Origin: Acholeplasmatales bacterium
GTDB taxonomy: Bacteria; Bacillota_I; Bacilli_A; Acholeplasmatales; Anaeroplasmataceae
Length of the DNA: 64,000 bases
Direction of reading: 5' to 3'
NCBI GenBank assembly: GCA_024697825.1
Contig: JAILEP010000043.1
Span: forward strand, 9,176-73,175
Numbering within the stretch: position 1 is the first letter of the stretch; the number at the start of each line of letters is the position of its first letter. A program made the position numbers and the translations under genes. Of the stretch, positions 57,967 to 64,000 are shown piece after piece. The notes beneath the pieces are model-generated. The model did no database searches and had not been told where the DNA came from. It saw only the letters and a list, made by a program, of their open reading frames with translations.

Positions 57967-59679
57967 ATGGCTATAGTTGGAGAACGTAATATAATTAACG
58001 CAGAATTTAAAATGGATAAGGATTTTAATATCACTTCAGGAAATAGAGAATTCTTGAGATTTTTAAATATTGTCGATGCGACAGGATCATTCCTAGATTA
58101 CTTAGATGATTATGATATTAATAAGCTAACAGATTTTGTTAAGGACTTTAAGCCAAGCAACAATACTAAGTCAATCATCGTAACACTTGATGTTGATGCA
58201 GAATTTGTTCCTGCACTTTTAACATATAAGTCTTCTGATGATAAGTCTTATGCATTTAGTATTGAAAATGTAGATTTCGCTGGTGATTTTATGAGCGATG
58301 CTTTAGCTACAAGAAGTACTTATGAAATCCTACTTTCAGCCTTTGACTGTGAATTTATGGAATTCAATTATAAGACAGAGGAGCTAATCCTTAAGAATAC
58401 AAAGAATCTTCAGCCAATTTATGGAACAACTATTGAGGGCTTAGCTCATTTCCTAGAAAACAGATATGATGTTAATACTGATTCTGATTTCACTCATGAG
58501 GCAATGGAAAAGCTTGAGGCTGATTTAATTGCTAAAAATGGTGGTAAGAGATATAGCTTATTATTAAAGAACAGAAGATATATTATTTTAACTGGTCATT
58601 TCATCAAAGCTGAAAATGGTGCAGATAAATATATCATCACTATTAATAATGAAAATTCTTTAAAGGAATCTAGCCCTTCATATAAGGAAACTCATGATGC
58701 CTTAACTGGCTTATTAAATAGAGAAACAATCCAAGAAACTGCAAAGAGAAGAATTGATACATTAAAGAGTGAAACATCTATTATGATTTTAGATGTTGAT
58801 AGATTTAAGGAATATAATGATTCTTTAGGTCATCAGTATGGTGATTTAGTTCTATCTAAGGTTGGTAAGGCGATTAAGAATGCTGTTGTTCAGTATGGTG
58901 AAGCCGGAAGAATTGGTGGCGATGAATTCTTAATTGTTATTAATTCAGCTGATGAGGAAATCGTTAGAAATGTATGCCGTAATATCCGTTTAGGTGTTCA
59001 GTGGTGTATGGAGGTTGACAATCCTGATTTCGTAATCACTTGCTCAATGGGTGTTGCAAGATACCCATTAAATGGTGATGATTATGATAAGCTATTTGGT
59101 ATTGCAGATAAGTGCTTATATATCGCTAAGGGTAAGGGTCGTAACTGCTATGTAATTTATAGACCTAATATCCATGATAAGATCTTTGTTAACCAGTCTA
59201 TTTTAAATGATGCATTCATTACTGGTAAGTATTATTCAGATAAGGCAATTGCAGAAAAGAAAATATTAGATGCAGTTGAGGCTGAAGAATTTAATGTTGC
59301 ATTAGATAGATTATTAAATTATTTAGAAATTACTCAGATTACTGTATTTGATAAGCATTTACTTGCTAGATATAAGGTTGGTGGTACTCAAAACTTTAGA
59401 ATTGAGGCTATCAGAGATGAGGATTATTTCAGATATTATAATGAATATGGATTCTTCCTATTAGATAACGTAAGTGTACTTGATTCATTAAATAAGGAAG
59501 TTCATTCATTATATAAGAATGCAAATATTGCGAGTGTGTTAGAGGTAAAGGTAACTGATGAGAGCGGAAATCTTATGGGTGTAATTGCATATGATGTAGT
59601 TAAGCCTGCTAAGACTTTTGATAAGGCAAAGGTATCATTTGTATTAATGGTATCTAAGATGATATTGGAAAAGATGTAA
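57967..59679 (+). CDS. Cytoplasmic GGDEF diguanylate cyclase with N-terminal PAS-like and C-terminal GAF-like regions
   Basis: HDALTGLLNR, DVDRFKEYNDSLGHQYGD, RIGGDEF, ADKCLYIAK. Promoter TTGAAA-17-TATAAT (57904-57932). Confidence 0.9.
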   Translation: MAIVGERNIINAEFKMDKDFNITSGNREFLRFLNIVDATGSFLDYLDDYDINKLTDFVKDFKPSNNTKSIIVTLDVDAEFVPALLTYKSSDDKSYAFSIENVDFAGDFMSDALATRSTYEILLSAFDCEFMEFNYKTEELILKNTKNLQPIYGTTIEGLAHFLENRYDVNTDSDFTHEAMEKLEADLIAKNGGKRYSLLLKNRRYIILTGHFIKAENGADKYIITINNENSLKESSPSYKETHDALTGLLNRETIQETAKRRIDTLKSETSIMILDVDRFKEYNDSLGHQYGDLVLSKVGKAIKNAVVQYGEAGRIGGDEFLIVINSADEEIVRNVCRNIRLGVQWCMEVDNPDFVITCSMGVARYPLNGDDYDKLFGIADKCLYIAKGKGRNCYVIYRPNIHDKIFVNQSILNDAFITGKYYSDKAIAEKKILDAVEAEEFNVALDRLLNYLEITQITVFDKHLLARYKVGGTQNFRIEAIRDEDYFRYYNEYGFFLLDNVSVLDSLNKEVHSLYKNANIASVLEVKVTDESGNLMGVIAYDVVKPAKTFDKAKVSFVLMVSKMILEKM

Positions 59680-59693
59680 GAGGTGTAGTAAAA

Positions 59694-60176
59694 ATGAAAA
59701 TCAAAGAGAACGCTGTAGAGGCATTAACAAAATTTACAGAGGAGGAAAAGCTAATTAGAGTATTAGATGCTCTAAAGGTTGGTGTTGAAAAGGATAATTT
59801 AGTTATCGTTGATACATTCCTTCAGAATGTTCTTAACCAGCTATTTTTAGAGGTAGCTAAGACAGTTGAGGCTGAGGATTCAGACTTCAAGGAGAATAAT
59901 CAAAAGACAGAATCTATTAAGAAGTTCTTAAAGGGCGATGATAAGAGATTCGGTGTAGGTCTTGATTTAGTATGTAATTATTTAATCAAGTCAAAGAAGC
60001 TATGGTTTAATTTCCAGGGCTTATCTGTAAATGAAAATGCTAATGCAATTAAGTTCTTTGAGGATAAGGAGCTTGAATATTCATCATCTGAAGAGACTAA
60101 GGATATTTATAATTCAATTATTGATGGTTTAAATAAGTTCTATTCAACTGATGTATTAGATTCAATTAAGCTTTAA
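59694..60176 (+). CDS. Hypothetical protein
   Basis: 160-aa ORF with RBS agaggtg and host-like codon usage. Confidence 0.75.
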   Translation: MKIKENAVEALTKFTEEEKLIRVLDALKVGVEKDNLVIVDTFLQNVLNQLFLEVAKTVEAEDSDFKENNQKTESIKKFLKGDDKRFGVGLDLVCNYLIKSKKLWFNFQGLSVNENANAIKFFEDKELEYSSSEETKDIYNSIIDGLNKFYSTDVLDSIKL

Positions 60177-60178
60177 TT

Positions 60179-61033
60179 ATGGATGGTATTAAGGATCTTG
60201 AGAAGAAAGAATCTCAAGAAATTGATGAGTTATTAAATAATCAGAAGGCTGAAAGAAAGGCTCTTAAGGAAGAACAAAAGAGAATCCGTAAGGAAGAAAA
60301 GAAAAGATTAAAGGCAGAACAAAAGGAAATAGAAAAAAATCGTCCTCTAACTGAAAAGGAATTGCTTATTAAAAAAAGAAATGAGCCACCTAAATTAACA
60401 GTTTTAGAGGAGGTTGGTAATTCTATTACACATGGTGTTGGTGCTATTTTTGCGATAGTGGCTTTAATATTAATGCTACTAAAATCAACTACGCCTGCTA
60501 TGGTAACATCAAGCATTGTCTATGGAGCATGTATGTTCATTATGATGCTTATGAGCTGTCTATATCATGCCTGGAGAAGTGGTTCAACAGTTAAGAGAGT
60601 ATGGAGAAGATTTGATTATATCTCTATCTATTTATTAATTGGTGGTACCTTTACTCCACTTCAGCTTATTGAATTATCAAGAAATAATGTTCCACAGTAC
60701 TGGGGTATTATTTGGTTTACTATTATGTGGGTATTAATTGTTGTTGGTATAACAATGACTAGTATCTTTGGACCTGGCCGTGTAAGATGGATTAATTATC
60801 CATTATATTTCACAATTGGCTGGGCAGGATTAATCTTCCTTCCTATTTGGATTGTTCATGGAAGAATTAATTTATTACTTTGGATTTTAATTGGTGGTAT
60901 AGTATATACACTTGGTATGATTCCTTTTGCTAAAAGAGGCTTGAAGGGTGCACATTTCATTTGGCATTTCTTTGTTTTAGCTGGTGCATTTGTACAGTGG
61001 CTTGGAATCTATCTTTTGGTATTCTGTGCATAG
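60179..61033 (+). CDS. Hemolysin III / PAQR family membrane protein with a charged N-terminal extension
   Basis: EEVGNSITHGVG, SCLYH, RRFDYISIYLLIGGTFTP, YTLG, HFIWHFFVLAG. Confidence 0.92.
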   Translation: MDGIKDLEKKESQEIDELLNNQKAERKALKEEQKRIRKEEKKRLKAEQKEIEKNRPLTEKELLIKKRNEPPKLTVLEEVGNSITHGVGAIFAIVALILMLLKSTTPAMVTSSIVYGACMFIMMLMSCLYHAWRSGSTVKRVWRRFDYISIYLLIGGTFTPLQLIELSRNNVPQYWGIIWFTIMWVLIVVGITMTSIFGPGRVRWINYPLYFTIGWAGLIFLPIWIVHGRINLLLWILIGGIVYTLGMIPFAKRGLKGAHFIWHFFVLAGAFVQWLGIYLLVFCA

Positions 61034-61043
61034 GAGGTAAAGC

Positions 61044-62153
61044 ATGAAGACAATATTTGAACAAATCTTTGATTCATTTAAGGATGGAAAAGCTGATTAT
61101 AAATTTATTATGGATAATCTTGATGCCGTAAGAGAGGTAAAGGATTATTTAGTTAATGAATTTAATTCAATTATTGATGAAGGTGAAGAAAGTGATAATA
61201 TTATGCCTATCCTTGTTTTACTTACATTAATTGATGCTAAGGAAATCTTCCCTGCCTTAACTGATGTATTTAACCTAAGTCAGACAAAGCTAATGAATAT
61301 GCTTGGTGATTTAGTATATGAAATTATGCCATATTCATTAAATTATACATTCAATGGTGATTATTCATTATTTGAAGAAACATTATTAAATAAGAAAAGA
61401 CATTATCTTGAAAGAGGTGTTCTTTTTGAGGCTTACGCAGATGTATGTATAAAGAATAAAAAGACATCTAGATTAATTAATTTTATTAAGGCTAATTTAG
61501 AGGATGAATTATTCGAAAATTATTATGATTCTATTACAACTGTTTATTTAAACCATAAGCTTGATAGCTTAACAGTAGTTGTTAAGGAATTAAATTTAAA
61601 GGGTAAGCTTGATGTGATGACTAATGGCCCTTATTTTGAAATTCTTGATGATTATTTATTAGATCCAAAGAAAGATGAAAGCTCTAAGGAATTCATGTTT
61701 GCTCATTTAAAGAATTTCATTCAAATTGATAATTTGCCAGAAAATGACATGGTATATGATGGCTATTATGAGCATTCAGATGCAGTTAGAGATAAGATTG
61801 CATATTATGTTTTAAATAATAAATATAATGGTGACATTAATGCATATGTAAATGCCTTAGCTAAATATGTAGGATTTGAATCTTTATATCCAAAAGAGGA
61901 AATTAAAAATGAAATCACAACTGTAGAAAAGGATATTGATATTGATTATGAATTATATCAATATATATTAACAGCTGATGTCATTTTAGCTGATGAGGAA
62001 TTTGCAGAATGTGATGAATTCCTAGAGGATTTTTATAATGCAGTAATTGATAATTTTGAGGATTATCTAAAGAAGGGTAATTTTACTTACGATGATTATG
62101 ATAATTCTAGATCAATTCATTTTGTCACAAGAGATTTATACGAAGAAGAGTAA
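61044..62153 (+). CDS. Acidic hypothetical protein, DUF1186-like N-terminus
   Basis: Helical-repeat region (…LLTLIDAKEIFPAL…LGDLVYE…Y.ERG..FEAY) resembles DUF1186 proteins, from memory. Confidence 0.5.
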   Translation: MKTIFEQIFDSFKDGKADYKFIMDNLDAVREVKDYLVNEFNSIIDEGEESDNIMPILVLLTLIDAKEIFPALTDVFNLSQTKLMNMLGDLVYEIMPYSLNYTFNGDYSLFEETLLNKKRHYLERGVLFEAYADVCIKNKKTSRLINFIKANLEDELFENYYDSITTVYLNHKLDSLTVVVKELNLKGKLDVMTNGPYFEILDDYLLDPKKDESSKEFMFAHLKNFIQIDNLPENDMVYDGYYEHSDAVRDKIAYYVLNNKYNGDINAYVNALAKYVGFESLYPKEEIKNEITTVEKDIDIDYELYQYILTADVILADEEFAECDEFLEDFYNAVIDNFEDYLKKGNFTYDDYDNSRSIHFVTRDLYEEE

Positions 62154-62192
62154 AAAAATAAGACCTAAGATTTAATATCTTGGGTCTTTTTT
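62152..62192. terminator. Bidirectional terminator
   Basis: aagacctaagat-tta-atatcttgggtcttttt with A-tract on the left. Confidence 0.75.
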
Positions 62193-63011
62193 ATCTATAT
62201 AATCCTTTAAAAGCTCTTCGTATTTAACACCATAATCATGGAATGGATCCTCAACTGTATTATCGATAGCGTCAATAATAAAATCTGTTGAATAATCTAA
62301 GGCTTCCTTAATTCCCTTACCATTTAATAGATAACCAATAACCATAGAAGAGAAGATATCTCCTGTACCATGATATGATTTATCTTCCTTTTCCTTAAGG
62401 ATAGTAGTTTTAGTTAAACCATCATAAGCTACTGCACCAATTGAATATTCATCATCCTGATATCCTGTAAGAATAACATTCTTAGCACCCATACTGATTA
62501 AATCAGCAATTAAATCATTGATGAATGAATCATCCTGAATAGGTTGGTATTCCTTACGTGTTAGGAAGCAGGCTTCAGTGATATTAGGTAAGATATAGTC
62601 TGCAATAGAGCAGATATCCATCATACCTACAATGATATCCTCATCTAAGCCAGGATACATCTTACCATCATCAGCCATCGCAGGGTCAACAATGAATAAA
62701 CCATCATCAGCTAGTAGGTAGTCCTTACATTGCTTGATATATTCAAATTGTTCCTTATTAGCTACATAGCCTGTGTAGATACAATCAAATTGAATTCTTT
62801 CACTTCTCCAGTGCTCAATTATCTTAGGCATTTCATCAGTTAAATCTAAGAATGTATAATCTGTAAATCCTGATGTATGTGTAGATAATAGGCCTGTAGG
62901 AAGTATCGCTGTTTCGTGGCCAAACGCAGAAAGTATTGGCAACGCTACAGTAGTAGAACACTGGCCGTAACATGAAATATCTTGAATTGTTAATACTTTC
63001 TTGTTAGACAT
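62172..63011 (-). CDS. pdxK: Pyridoxal/pyridoxamine kinase
   Basis: IQDISCYGQCS, LLSTHT, IYTGY, VDPAMADDG, LPNITEA, HGTGDIFSS. Start moved to ATG 63011 behind gaggtg. Confidence 0.9.
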   Translation of the reverse strand: MSNKKVLTIQDISCYGQCSTTVALPILSAFGHETAILPTGLLSTHTSGFTDYTFLDLTDEMPKIIEHWRSERIQFDCIYTGYVANKEQFEYIKQCKDYLLADDGLFIVDPAMADDGKMYPGLDEDIIVGMMDICSIADYILPNITEACFLTRKEYQPIQDDSFINDLIADLISMGAKNVILTGYQDDEYSIGAVAYDGLTKTTILKEKEDKSYHGTGDIFSSMVIGYLLNGKGIKEALDYSTDFIIDAIDNTVEDPFHDYGVKYEELLKDYIDKKDPRY

Positions 63012-63293
63012 AGAAAACACCTCGAATGTATTATACTACAATTTTAAAATAATAGATATATTTAATAGTATTCAAAGTCCAATTCTTGAAATTTTGAACA
63101 AATTAACTTATTGTGTTTAAATTATCACTTTCGTATGTTATAATAATATCCTTGGCTAATTATGGCGTAAGTAAAAGATTAATTAATCTATATTACGATA
63201 TGTATACTAGTTCAAATATGAACTAACATTTAAAATCAATTTGATTTTACAAACTAGACCTTAAATGGTACAATAAATTAAAGGGTGATGTCT

Positions 63294-64000
63294 ATGCGAA
63301 TACTACAGGAAATTGAAAAGAAATATAATTCTCCAACTATGTGTGGTGAATCTGCTAAGGCGGATTCAAAATACATAATGAACCATTATAAATTTAAAAC
63401 AAAGACTGATTATATAACTCCAACAGTATTAATCTTAGGTGCTATCCTTGTTATTTTAGGAATAATAATGGTATTTAATGTATTAATTGCAGGTATTGTT
63501 TCAATGGTACTTGGTGTAATTGCGATTATTGCGGGTGTTTTCCTATTTATTAAGAATAGAAATGTTAAAAAAGCAGAATTCTTAAAATATTATGAGGGGG
63601 CCATTGCTCAAAATGGTAAAATTAAATATTCAACTTCAAAGGCAATCAGTGGCCTATATCCTGTTTATATAGAAGTAGATAATGAAATGAAAACCTTTAA
63701 GCTTATTTATCAGGATAAGGATACAATCTTCTGTGAATATGATGATATTTTAAATTATCGCTTATTAATTAATAAGGAAGAGATTGAAGAAACAAGATTA
63801 CCTGATGAATCTAAGGATACTGATTTATCATATTCCTTAGAAATTACATTTAATAATAAGAAGAAATCTGAAATTATTTTCTGTAATGAAAACCCTTTGT
63901 TTAAATTAAATGGTAAAAATGTATATTCTCAAAAATCAAACACAAAGGCTATTAATAATTTAGCTCAAATAATGGATATGATTATTATGAAGAATATTGT
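63294..64000 (+). CDS. Hypothetical 2-TM membrane protein (3' end outside window; not in the ORF track)
   Basis: ATG behind aagggtga. MRILQEIEKKYNSP…PTVLILGAILVILGIIMVF…AGVFLFIKNR. Frame open to the window end. Promoter TTTACA-17-TACAAT (63246-63274). Confidence 0.8.
   Translation, partial: MRILQEIEKKYNSPTMCGESAKADSKYIMNHYKFKTKTDYITPTVLILGAILVILGIIMVFNVLIAGIVSMVLGVIAIIAGVFLFIKNRNVKKAEFLKYYEGAIAQNGKIKYSTSKAISGLYPVYIEVDNEMKTFKLIYQDKDTIFCEYDDILNYRLLINKEEIEETRLPDESKDTDLSYSLEITFNNKKKSEIIFCNENPLFKLNGKNVYSQKSNTKAINNLAQIMDMIIMKNI

Noticed and set aside
26052-60516. Short ORFs at 26052, 26505, 26730, 28146, 31912, 34330, 40644, 53589, 56175, 57540 and 60241
   Set aside because: Shadow ORFs within confident CDSs.
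63139-63210. Purine or fluoride riboswitch upstream of the last gene
   Set aside because: Only TATAAT/TATGG fragments match; the core joining motifs and P2/P3 pairing are absent.
1-64000. rRNA, tRNA, IS/transposase, integrase, prophage genes
   Set aside because: None recognised on either strand; intergenic gaps are short and explained by promoters and terminators.

Overview
AT-rich bacterial chromosomal window read with genetic code 11 (Trp=TGG; TGA serves as a stop at 8591-8593). The gene content and the absence of sortase or wall-binding anchors on the large surface proteins suggest an anaerobic Bacilli/Acholeplasmatales (Anaeroplasma-like) organism; this is inference only. Most of the window is housekeeping or metabolic: tex, yycJ-rlmH, uxaB-uxaA-uxaC, fprA, pncC, metA, leuS, sufCDSUB, C69 dipeptidase, pepC, plsC, asnB under an Asn T-box, typA, a GGDEF protein and pdxK. 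I saw no rRNA, tRNA, CRISPR array, integrase or IS. Two accessory loci stand out. (1) A 16-kb, tightly coupled three-gene operon (30.6-46.7 kb) encodes a very large, atypical YqhH/RapA-like SNF2 ATPase, a Cys-rich multi-zinc-finger protein and a 3176-aa five-TM-anchored surface protein (LRR, InlB B-repeats, about 30 MBG-like modules with nested internal duplications). (2) Two paralogous, roughly 1000-1100-aa acidic lipoproteins (1.3-7.6 kb) each look like two PrsA/parvulin foldase units fused in tandem; one keeps the parvulin histidines and the other has lost them. Smaller oddities: LeuRS has KMGKR in place of KMSKS and an altered editing motif, an orphan protein carries a HEPN-like RxxxxxH motif, and three 2TM/zinc-ribbon genes sit in tandem. 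All family assignments come from motif recognition by eye; no database searches were run.
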